Shown: positions 27,643 to 35,759 of the stretch, one piece after another
How positions within the stretch are numbered: the first letter of the stretch is position 1
How the letters are laid out: each line of letters starts with the position of its first letter
NCBI GenBank assembly: GCA_913043025.1
Contig: CAJWLM010000002.1
Span: forward strand, 22,777-86,776
DNA length: 64,000 bases
Source: an uncultured Rhodospirillaceae bacterium
GTDB taxonomy: Bacteria > Pseudomonadota > Alphaproteobacteria > UBA8366
Direction: 5' to 3'
Translations under genes and position numbers: made by a program
Notes under the pieces: model-generated
Database searches by the model: none
Seen by the model: the letters and a program-made list of their open reading frames with translations, nothing else
Told to the model about the DNA's origin: nothing

Positions 27643-29142
27643 TTAATGAGTATCCAATGAGGTTTGTAAACGTAATCTACTGCGGATCGACCGCGACAGA
27701 ATATCAATAAATATATTTAATAGGGCAGTTATAATAATTAACACGATAGCACGGTCGAAGCGAATGTCTGCAAAGGCGGAGTCAACGAAAAACCCAAGTG
27801 TTTTCACTCCCAGTATTCCAAGGATTGCTGTTTCACGAAAAATGACTTCCCAGCGGTAAAATAAAAAAGCTAAAAACTGCGGGTAAATTCGAGGAAGTGT
27901 TTCATACGAATAGAGATTTATGCCTTTGGAGCGGTCGGGCCGCAGCCGAAGGTGATTGCTAAAGTTACCGATGAGATGCCCAATTATCGCAGCATTGTGG
28001 AAAGAGAGGGCTACGACGGCAGGGAACATAGACGGTCCTAATAACTGTAACAAGACGAATGCGATTACATATTCTGGTGTCGAACGGATAACGACTAAAA
28101 TAGTGTGTCCCGCTAGCCGACTTTTTGGGCCAAAAAAGAGTGATGAAATGAGCGGGAAGAACAGTAATGATAAGATCCCTGTTGCCGCCAAAGCTATCAT
28201 CGTCAGCACAATTGTGTTGAGTATCCCAGGCAATGCTTCATTAAGAATAAGAGTCTGAAACCAAAACCAAGTTTCAAGCATAATCGGTATTGTTATGGTT
28301 TCTACATTCCGAATAGGAGTTGGCATGATGTCATGTGCAAAAAAACGCCAAGCGTTTGACCATGTCATCGCGCCGCTCTCTGGTAATACAACGCACGCCG
28401 CTATTAAAAGCACTGGAATTGTTTCTCGCCTCATCCACTTCCGCACTGTCGAAATTAGAACATAAAAAACGATCAGGAGTGCTGATAGGTCAGAATAGAG
28501 ACCTTCTTTGTAGGCAGTTTCTAAATAAAACCCCAGCGTAGGAAGGCCAACAAACCCTAGCACAGCACTCGAACGAAGGCCGCACTCTAGTCGATAGAAA
28601 GAATATGTTTTCACGTTTGACCAGACACCTGGTAATTTAGCATAAAAAAACAATGAGACAATTGATGTGCCATTGGGAATAGCTTGCATAGGGGCTGGGT
28701 CAGCCTCTTCTAAAAGCTCAGCGTAAACCTTCGCACATATACCGCTGTAAGGGATTGCAATAGCAAGTACACCCGTCAATGCAGTAAGCCCGAAAATTTG
28801 CAGGAAGATTAATGCCCAGAATAATTCGTGCACAGCACGAACAAAGGCACAAGCGACCCGCACTGCACGGTAATGAAAAATGACCGCAAGCAAAAAACCT
28901 GTAAAATTTGCTAGCGCTACACCTAGAATGGCAAATGCTAACGTCATCATTAAGGCCTCAAATATTTGCTTCCATTTGGCGAAGTTTGGTTGGATCAAAC
29001 CCATGCCCAGTCTTTTCATTTCTGGCCATGGATCTTGAGTGGTTATCTCGATATCGGCAACGAGAAGGCAGCCAAACGCCACCAAAAGAAACCAAAGGCT
29101 GGTTCGCACTAGCGGAGATTTTGGAATTAGGGGTGTTGACAC
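27643..29142 (-). CDS. ABC transporter permease, PhnE/PtxC-like, two fused TM domains
   Basis: Two repeats with EAA-like loops: YRLECGLRSSAVLGFVG and YRWEVIFRETAILGILG; very hydrophobic; GTG at 29142 follows the ATPase stop. Confidence 0.85.
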   Translation of the reverse strand: MSTPLIPKSPLVRTSLWFLLVAFGCLLVADIEITTQDPWPEMKRLGMGLIQPNFAKWKQIFEALMMTLAFAILGVALANFTGFLLAVIFHYRAVRVACAFVRAVHELFWALIFLQIFGLTALTGVLAIAIPYSGICAKVYAELLEEADPAPMQAIPNGTSIVSLFFYAKLPGVWSNVKTYSFYRLECGLRSSAVLGFVGLPTLGFYLETAYKEGLYSDLSALLIVFYVLISTVRKWMRRETIPVLLIAACVVLPESGAMTWSNAWRFFAHDIMPTPIRNVETITIPIMLETWFWFQTLILNEALPGILNTIVLTMIALAATGILSLLFFPLISSLFFGPKSRLAGHTILVVIRSTPEYVIAFVLLQLLGPSMFPAVVALSFHNAAIIGHLIGNFSNHLRLRPDRSKGINLYSYETLPRIYPQFLAFLFYRWEVIFRETAILGILGVKTLGFFVDSAFADIRFDRAIVLIIITALLNIFIDILSRSIRSRLRLQTSLDTH

Positions 29143-29143
29143 A

Positions 29144-29800
29144 TCAATTGCCGTAAAGTTCAGCAAGGTCTGAGGAACTCATACCGTCTGATTGGCGATC
29201 TAGGATGATTTTACCGGACGAGAGCCCAATGATCCTGCTGCAGAAACTTAATGCAAGCTGCACGTCGTGCATAGCTAGCACAACTGTTTCATGATTAGTG
29301 GTAATAGTTTCCATCACGTTTCGTGCCTGGTGTTCATCGACTGCAGAAACTGGTTCATCTCCAAGAAATATATTACAACCCTGATACAATGCTCTGGCTA
29401 TACCCGCACGTTGCTGTTGACCTCCTGACAATTCTCCGACGGGAGAATTAATTTTGTCAGTAAGCTCCAGTTGTTTGAGGACTTTGAGCACAGCATTTCG
29501 TTCATTAGACAAAGGGCGTATAAGGTTAGTCAGATTGTAAAGAGTTGAGTTCTGATGGAGTCTTCCGATGAATGTGTTATGGAAAACAGAGAGATTAGGT
29601 ACTAATCCGAGGTTCTGGGGTAAAAACGCACATTCCTCAACCTGAGTATCATAAAGTAAGCGAAGCAGTGTCGATTTTCCGGCACCGCTTCGACCTACCA
29701 ATGCAATTTTCTCGCCTTGTTCGACTTCCAGCGAGACTTTATCGAGAACTCGCTTACCCTTATATGAGGCACAAGCCTTATTAAGTTTGAACAACACCAC
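29144..29800 (-). CDS. ABC transporter ATP-binding protein, PhnC-like
   Basis: Walker A GRSGAGKS, signature LSGGQQQR, Walker B FLGDEP, H-loop AMHD. Confidence 0.9.
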   Translation of the reverse strand: MVLFKLNKACASYKGKRVLDKVSLEVEQGEKIALVGRSGAGKSTLLRLLYDTQVEECAFLPQNLGLVPNLSVFHNTFIGRLHQNSTLYNLTNLIRPLSNERNAVLKVLKQLELTDKINSPVGELSGGQQQRAGIARALYQGCNIFLGDEPVSAVDEHQARNVMETITTNHETVVLAMHDVQLALSFCSRIIGLSSGKIILDRQSDGMSSSDLAELYGN

Positions 29801-29807
29801 AGTTGCA

Positions 29808-30662
29808 TCAATCGATCAGACCAATTTCTCTCGCCGTGTCTAAGATTGGTTTAAAATCTTTATTAACAGCTTTGATGAAACTTTTTCGGGGAAATGAACG
29901 AAGAAGAACAGGGTCTTTCATGCCGATTAATGCCTTCTGAACTCTATTGGTGAATCCTTTACCAAATTTTTTGTCAGTATCCCCACGGATGGACCAATTA
30001 TAGTCTGGATATCCAGGCGTTTTCCAAATGATAGATACCTTCTTTTGATCGATCTTACCCGCATTAAGCTCTTTTTTGTAAACCTTAAAATTAACAGCAC
30101 CTACTTCGTAGGCGCCGCTATTCACCAGTGCAACCGTGCGCGAGTGACTGCCACTGAAGCCTACTCTTTTAAATACTTTATCAGGAGTTTTGCCAAATGC
30201 TTTTCTGATGTGGAACTCTGGCATCAATCGGCCTGAAGTGGACCCCTTGGAACCAAAAGTAAACGTCTTTCCAGCCATCCCCTTCGGAAAACTTAAACTT
30301 GGTTTAAGGCCACTTGATTTGTGTGCGATGAAATAAGTTTCGAAGAACGGGTCCTCAAATCCCTGAGCAATTGCTTTTGATCCCTTTACAAGCTGTCTGG
30401 CCCTGACTCCAGAAAGGCCTCCGAACCAAGCAAGTTGTACTTGGTTATTCCGAAAGGCGGTAACCGCTGCAGCATATGATTTAACAGGTATATATTTCGT
30501 TTTAACAGAAAGCTCTTTCTCTAGGTAAACAGCAATTTTATTAAAACGTTTTTTCAGCGCGCTTTCGTCTTGGTCTGGTATGGCTGTAAAGACAAATTCT
30601 GTAGCTTGTATCTGGCTCGTGAATCCAAGTATTAAGGCCGCTAACATTATAAATTTTTTCAT
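29808..30662 (-). CDS. Periplasmic substrate-binding protein, PhnD-like; putative selenate ABC transporter family
   Basis: Signal peptide; FTAIPDQD, AWFGGLSGVRAR, FTFGSKGSTSGRLMP, GFSGSH, TPGYPDYNW match the selD-associated PhnD-like family as recalled. Confidence 0.8.
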   Translation of the reverse strand: MKKFIMLAALILGFTSQIQATEFVFTAIPDQDESALKKRFNKIAVYLEKELSVKTKYIPVKSYAAAVTAFRNNQVQLAWFGGLSGVRARQLVKGSKAIAQGFEDPFFETYFIAHKSSGLKPSLSFPKGMAGKTFTFGSKGSTSGRLMPEFHIRKAFGKTPDKVFKRVGFSGSHSRTVALVNSGAYEVGAVNFKVYKKELNAGKIDQKKVSIIWKTPGYPDYNWSIRGDTDKKFGKGFTNRVQKALIGMKDPVLLRSFPRKSFIKAVNKDFKPILDTAREIGLID

Positions 30663-30706
30663 GGTTCTATCTCTTTGGTGTAAAAAAAATTACAGCTTTT
30701 ATATTG

Positions 30707-30732
30707 CCGGTTCATATAACCGGTTCATATAA
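30707..30732. repeat. Perfect 13-bp tandem direct repeat (CCGGTTCATATAA x2)
   Basis: Read directly at 30707-30719 and 30720-30732, about 45 bp upstream of the ABC operon start. Confidence 0.85.
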
Positions 30733-30942
30733 AACGTAGGCAGGTTTTTCAAGTGTTCATGCCAAAAAATGCGATCATGAAAGATATGTTTGAACAAGAT
30801 AGTCAAAACTCCAAGATGATCAGGTGCAAAAATTTTATTGCGGCACCTTTCTTTTTAATAAGCAATTTTGCATTAGTCCTAACGGTTACGATTTCCAAAA
30901 TTTTTATAAAAAGTGCAAATAATTTGAAGAGTAAATTGTCAA

Positions 30943-31143
30943 ATGTCAGCTGAAACGACACTGAATATAACCTGCCACTTTTGTTTCAACCAGATCGATG
31001 TGGACCTTGAAATAGATCAGTCCTTCGAAGGTTCTGATATGGAAATTTATGATTGTAATATTTGTTGCAACCCGAATAAGCTGAAGTACACTGTTACTCA
31101 TGGATCCATAATTAATGTCCATGTCAGTGACGGCAATGAGTAA
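30943..31143 (+). CDS. Small CPXCG-like cysteine-rich (zinc-ribbon) protein
   Basis: CHFC...DCNICCNP pattern, 66 aa, acidic. Confidence 0.7.
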   Translation: MSAETTLNITCHFCFNQIDVDLEIDQSFEGSDMEIYDCNICCNPNKLKYTVTHGSIINVHVSDGNE

Positions 31144-31286
31144 ATGTAAAGGCTTACGCTCCATTATTCATTGAGGGTCGACAGAGCCTGAATCGATATT
31201 GATGCACACAACATCGACGGCCTGGATGTAAAATATCTTTTGATTTTAAAGTAGATTTGGTTTGGATTTCTTGATGCGACAGAATT

Positions 31287-32063
31287 ATGAGTAAATTCAA
31301 TACTGTTTGGGTGACTGGAACTCCTCGCACTGGTTCCATGTGGACAACAAACGTTATTAGAGAAATATATTCAACAAAGCAATTTGCTCTACACCCCCAA
31401 GAGCAACTGCAAAACAACAGTGACTGGTTAAACCTGTTTAAGGACTGTGCTATTGCTGACACTGATGCAAATAACAGATATATTTTGAAAATCCATACAC
31501 TGTTAAACCCAAATTTGCCGAAGTCTAGATTTGTTGTTAATACCCGCAATCCATATGACATATGCGCATCATTTTTTGACTTTATGAAGTGTGATTTAGA
31601 TCGTGCCATAGAAGTGGCATTGAACCATCGAGCAGTTATGGAACATTATAAGTCCTTCAAAACAGGATTGCTATTTGTCGTTAAATATGAAGATTTAGAA
31701 TTGGATGCCATTAATTCAATTCTGGCACTGAGCGAATTTGTTGAATGTAAAATTAGCAAAGACACGGCCAGGAAAATTTCTGCTAAATACGATAAAAGAT
31801 CAGTTAAAAAATTGATCGAAAGGACCGAAAGCGAAATTCAACGCAAAATAATCCAAAAAGAACATGTCCATGACAAAATGGTCGTTGAGCGTGCTGACGG
31901 TTCATTTCGTTCTTTTGATTTGGATACTGGTTTTCAATCCGGTCACATTTCGAGAAGAAAGTGCGGTGAGTGGAGAAATACTTTTTCTCAAAAACAAATC
32001 ACTACGGTCATAAATGCGCTAGATGATTTCGCCGCTGGCATGGGATACATGTCAGAGCGGTGA
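31287..32063 (+). CDS. Sulfotransferase-domain protein
   Basis: 5'-PSB-like GTPRTGSMW, KIH, 3'-PB-like RNPYD..AS, VKYEDL, C-terminal GEWRN. Confidence 0.75.
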   Translation: MSKFNTVWVTGTPRTGSMWTTNVIREIYSTKQFALHPQEQLQNNSDWLNLFKDCAIADTDANNRYILKIHTLLNPNLPKSRFVVNTRNPYDICASFFDFMKCDLDRAIEVALNHRAVMEHYKSFKTGLLFVVKYEDLELDAINSILALSEFVECKISKDTARKISAKYDKRSVKKLIERTESEIQRKIIQKEHVHDKMVVERADGSFRSFDLDTGFQSGHISRRKCGEWRNTFSQKQITTVINALDDFAAGMGYMSER

Positions 32064-32090
32064 TGAAACCCAGCAAATAATGGCTTTAAA

Positions 32091-32166
32091 TGGTGCCGCC
32101 GCACGGATTTGAACCGCGGACCTGAGGTTTACAAAACCCCTGCTCTACCAACTGAGCTACGGCGGC
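32091..32166 (-). tRNA. tRNA-Thr(TGT)
   Basis: Cloverleaf GCCGCCG...anticodon arm GGGGT-TTTGTAA-ACCTC...TTCAAAT...encoded CCA. Confidence 0.97.
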
Positions 32167-32301
32167 ACAGGAAAATAAAAATTACCTTTTGGTATGTATG
32201 TATACCTTTTTACATTGGGTTGCGTCACGCGTGAATTATAACTTTAATATGTTTAATTGAATCAAGCTAAAATCGTCATCCTTGTTGCTATCATGAAATT
32301 T

Positions 32302-33492
32302 TCATTCGGCCAGATCAGGAACTGGGAATTCTAGGATTTTAGTGTTATTAATGATTACCGCTTGATCCCGTTTGGAAATGTGGCCTTCCGCAAGTATTTT
32401 TTTGTACGCTGCCAGGCATAAAGCCCCTTCGAGGCCTAAGTTAATGCCTTCAGTAATTGCTATGTCCTTCAGAATATTGCGAGCTTCATCATCAGAGATC
32501 ATGACGCCGCACCCGCCAGAGTCTTGGATTACCTGAAGACAAAGAAAATCTCCAAAGGGCTTGGGCACTCTTAGATTTTGAATGTCGGTGGTAACTGGCG
32601 TCCAAGGTTGCTCAACGAATACTTTTTGTTCTTCAAACGCTTTAACTATTGGAGCACAGCCGGCCGGCTGTACTGCTATCATGCGAGGCCGTTTCGCGCC
32701 TATCCAACCAATTTCCTCAAGTTCGTGGAAGGCTTTCCAGATCGCAATAAGGCCAGCTCCATTACCGGTTGGAAAAAATATAACATCTGGTAGTTCCCAA
32801 TCCAACTGCTCCGCCAGTTCAAACCCAATAGTTTTTCTGCCCTCCAACCGGTAGGGTTCCCTTAATAATGAGATATCAAACCAACCGTGCTCCCTGATAC
32901 CTTTCACCATAATTTTTTTCCGTTGATCGCTCGGTCCAGCAACTAGGCGAATTTTGGCACCGTAGAAAGCCATTTCACGTATAGCAGTATCTGAAGTATC
33001 CTCCGAGCACAATATGGTTGCATTCAACCCCGCGCGACTGCAATAGGCTGCTAATGTTGGCCCCTCATTACCAAAATGTTGCATAGATAAATGCTCAACA
33101 CCCAGCGCTTTTGCCATTGTGACTGCCACGGCTAAATCTCGTGCTGATGCGGTGCCATTTGGCATACGGCTCTCATCTTTGAGGAGGAGCTCTGAGGTGT
33201 CAGTCTTCGCTGCGAAACGCGATAGTGGTATCAAAGGAGTAGAATTTTCACCTAAACTAACTATTTCTGTACCGGGTGGTACTGGTAATAATTCTTCGAA
33301 CCGCCATATATCTCGGGGTCGTTGCGCTAAATCCGTGACTGCTATCGCCCTTTTTAGGGATTGCAGGTCATAGCGCACTAACAACGGTCTCCCAGCATCA
33401 GAAATCTTGTAAAGATATCCGGGGTCGTAATGCTTGCTGGAAAAACTGCATTCTAGATGGCTCACAAACGAGTGGAGCAGTTGCATAGGCAT
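32302..33492 (-). CDS. Threonine synthase-like fold-type II PLP-family protein, PLP lysine absent
   Basis: HLECS, PLLVRYDL, SLGENSTPL, EPYRLEGRKTIGFELAEQL, FPTGNG; PNGTASAR replaces PTGSFKAR. Confidence 0.75.
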   Translation of the reverse strand: MPMQLLHSFVSHLECSFSSKHYDPGYLYKISDAGRPLLVRYDLQSLKRAIAVTDLAQRPRDIWRFEELLPVPPGTEIVSLGENSTPLIPLSRFAAKTDTSELLLKDESRMPNGTASARDLAVAVTMAKALGVEHLSMQHFGNEGPTLAAYCSRAGLNATILCSEDTSDTAIREMAFYGAKIRLVAGPSDQRKKIMVKGIREHGWFDISLLREPYRLEGRKTIGFELAEQLDWELPDVIFFPTGNGAGLIAIWKAFHELEEIGWIGAKRPRMIAVQPAGCAPIVKAFEEQKVFVEQPWTPVTTDIQNLRVPKPFGDFLCLQVIQDSGGCGVMISDDEARNILKDIAITEGINLGLEGALCLAAYKKILAEGHISKRDQAVIINNTKILEFPVPDLAE

Positions 33493-34395
33493 CTATGGCT
33501 TCAGCATTGAGATGCGGCCTGATTCGGTCAGGTGTTTACGAATTTGTGTTGAATAGAAAACTTCTGAATCGTCTTGCGGGTTATAATCTATCACTGCACG
33601 TGCATTCGCTATGCTCCAAAATGCACGGGTGTTGTTGGATATGCCGTAGAATATTTGAAATGGCACGCCGTCCTCATTTAAAACCTCTTTCGCTTCAATA
33701 GACCTTATATAAATCTGCTGTAGATCTCTGTCGCTGATCCACGCGCCTAGGTCCCGTCGGAGGCTCGTTTGATTGTCTGCAAGTTTCGCAATATCTAATA
33801 TTCGTGGTCCACCGATACGGATGTTAATGCTTTCAATTTTCTGACCGAAACGCCCAGTGGCAAAAGCAAAGCCCATTGCTTCGTATGCAATCTTACACCA
33901 ACCATAAAAATTATCTGACTTTGGATATGTTGTATGATCAACAATATCCATCTCGCCAAAATGAATTTTTGTTTCGTACCAGTCGGCTGCATGGTTAGAG
34001 CTGGCTATAACCACACGCTTTATATTTTTTTGCAGCGCCAGTTTGTAAATATTGTAGGCCATGTCAAGGTTTTGACGTTCTGCGAGATAGCCGTCGACCG
34101 AGTGCTTCGGCCGGTCTTTTTTCCATTGGTGGTTTGGGCCCGTCGCAAACTTTGGATTATCCCTCTGGTCATAGCGCGAATTATGAACAATCACATCAGC
34201 ACCCGTGAAATGTTCTCCATAAAGATCGACGTTTGGATTAGTCAGATCAACTTCAATGATATCATCGTTCCATCCATTCTTTGTTTCTTTGGATATGTCG
34301 AGTAATGTTAGGTCATATCGTTCGCTAAATGCTGGAAGTAAAGCATTCGATATATAGCCGCCTGCGCCCGTCACTACGACTTTCAATGGAGACAT
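33493..34395 (-). CDS. NAD-dependent epimerase/dehydratase (extended SDR, uronate dehydrogenase-like)
   Basis: VVTGAGGYI, ASSNHA, YGWCK (YxxxK), IRIG, WISDRD, YGISNN. Confidence 0.82.
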   Translation of the reverse strand: MSPLKVVVTGAGGYISNALLPAFSERYDLTLLDISKETKNGWNDDIIEVDLTNPNVDLYGEHFTGADVIVHNSRYDQRDNPKFATGPNHQWKKDRPKHSVDGYLAERQNLDMAYNIYKLALQKNIKRVVIASSNHAADWYETKIHFGEMDIVDHTTYPKSDNFYGWCKIAYEAMGFAFATGRFGQKIESINIRIGGPRILDIAKLADNQTSLRRDLGAWISDRDLQQIYIRSIEAKEVLNEDGVPFQIFYGISNNTRAFWSIANARAVIDYNPQDDSEVFYSTQIRKHLTESGRISMLKP

Positions 34396-34397
34396 CT

Positions 34398-35222
34398 TTA
34401 TGTACCTTTCAAGTGTTGGCGAGAAAATTCATACATAGCCACAGCAGCTGCATTAGAAATATTTAGGCTGTCTGTATTGCTGGAAATTGGAATTCGAACT
34501 GCTTTATCGCAAGCCTTAAGGGTAAGGCGGCGCAGGCCACTGTCCTCTGCTCCTAAAACCAAGCAACATCTCTTGGGAAGTTCGGTTTCGTTTAGGAAAT
34601 TTGTTGCATTACTGTCTAAGCCAATGATCCAAAATCCGTTTGTCTTTAATTTTTCAATTGCTCGGTTAATGTTTGGCACGTTTATCAAGTCAATATGCTC
34701 AAGTCCGCCACTCGCGGCCTTTGCCATTAATTGGTCAGCTGGTGGTGAGTTGCGTTCCTGTTGAATAAGCGCGTCTGCTTTAAAAGCTGCGGCTGAACGC
34801 AATATAGCTCCGACATTGCGAGGGTCGGTTACTTGGTCGAGGATTACCAAAAGTGCCTGCTCTTTGTCTTCAACCAAAGTCGAGATATCAGCCAATGATC
34901 TTTTGTTCAAGTGCATGACCTCTGCTGCGATGCCTTGATGAACAGCGTTTGCACCAGTCAGCTGTTCAATTTCTTTTGGGGTTACAAACTCAAGCACCCT
35001 TGTTTCAATTTGGCAACTGAGTTTGCCTGCTGCCCGTGTTGTAACGAGTACTCTTCGAACATCACGCTTGGGATTATTTAGCGCCGCTAAGACTGTATGA
35101 TGGCCGTAAATCCAGTGTCCAGTATTGGATGGCGTTGCCCCCAAATTCCTTTTATTGCGGTTTTCATCACGCAGACCGGATTTTGGAGACTTGCGGCTAC
35201 CTCTATTTTTTGCATTTGGCAT
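34398..35222 (-). CDS. rlmB: 23S rRNA (guanosine-2'-O)-methyltransferase RlmB
   Basis: YGHHTV, HQGI, LDQVTDPRNVGAILRSA, LGAEDSGLR, SLNISNAAA (SPOUT); divergent from tRNA-Tyr. Confidence 0.92.
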   Translation of the reverse strand: MPNAKNRGSRKSPKSGLRDENRNKRNLGATPSNTGHWIYGHHTVLAALNNPKRDVRRVLVTTRAAGKLSCQIETRVLEFVTPKEIEQLTGANAVHQGIAAEVMHLNKRSLADISTLVEDKEQALLVILDQVTDPRNVGAILRSAAAFKADALIQQERNSPPADQLMAKAASGGLEHIDLINVPNINRAIEKLKTNGFWIIGLDSNATNFLNETELPKRCCLVLGAEDSGLRRLTLKACDKAVRIPISSNTDSLNISNAAAVAMYEFSRQHLKGT

Positions 35223-35363
35223 TTGAAATCTTGCTTTTGAATTTTTGAGACTCTAATATGATAGCTGAAAACAGAGTTCGCAACACATCCTTCTTTTAGG
35301 AAAGCTGCTTTGCTGCTTGGAGGAAGGGTTGCGGAATTTGTGCTGCGTGGATTCGGATTTGCG

Positions 35364-35391
35364 TTGACAATGGGTGTTAAATCACCATAGT
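35364..35391 (+). promoter_or_regulatory. Putative sigma70 promoter for tRNA-Tyr/tRNA-Gly/tuf
   Basis: TTGACA, 16-bp spacer, CATAGT upstream of tRNA-Tyr. Confidence 0.55.
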
Positions 35392-35428
35392 GCCCAATCC
35401 GCTGCGATCGCGATTGAGCTGGCGTATT

Positions 35429-35513
35429 GGAGGGGTGCCTGAGTGGTTAAAAGGGACGGGCTGTAAACCCGTTGGCTATGCCTACGTTGGTTCAAATCCA
35501 ACCCCCTCCACCA
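35429..35513 (+). tRNA. tRNA-Tyr(GTA)
   Basis: GGAGGGG acceptor stem, anticodon loop CTGTAAA, long variable arm, TTCAAAT, CCA. Confidence 0.97.
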
Positions 35514-35595
35514 GTATTGTTGTTAGGTGTGTTGATTATTAAGAGGCTGATATAGAACGAATGTTTATGATATAGGTTGGAGGGAAATTACGCGC

Positions 35596-35670
35596 GCGGG
35601 CGTCGTATAAAGGCCATTACCCCAGCCTTCCAAGCTGGTGATGTGGGTTCGATTCCCACCGTCCGCTCCA
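35596..35670 (+). tRNA. tRNA-Gly(TCC)
   Basis: GCGGGCG acceptor stem, CCAGC-CTTCCAA-GCTGG, TTCGATT, CCA. Confidence 0.97.
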
Positions 35671-35759
35671 GTAGATGAATTAAGCAGTGGTTGTTGGTTG
35701 TTTAGTTAAAATACGATTGGTTCAAAAGATCATTATAAAAAACGGGACTCTGAAAAGTT

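Noticed and set aside
27643-30662. Phosphonate or phosphite utilisation operon (phnCDE / ptxABC)
   Set aside because: No C-P lyase or phosphite dehydrogenase genes are present and the operon is coupled to selD, so those gene symbols were withheld
30839-30847. Possible att-site copy of the tRNA-Thr 3' end (tgcggcacc)
   Set aside because: Only about 8-9 bp, in the wrong orientation for a direct repeat, and no integrase nearby
30753-30953. 66-aa ORF upstream of the Cys-rich protein
   Set aside because: No recognisable motif or RBS; AT-rich spacer, likely spurious
19276-31143. Selenocysteine (UGA) recoding in genes of the selenium locus
   Set aside because: SelD has TGC Cys codons at its active loop; the TGA stops of senA, senB and the rhodanese fall at normal C-termini; no convincing SECIS, selA, selB or tRNA-Sec was seen in the window
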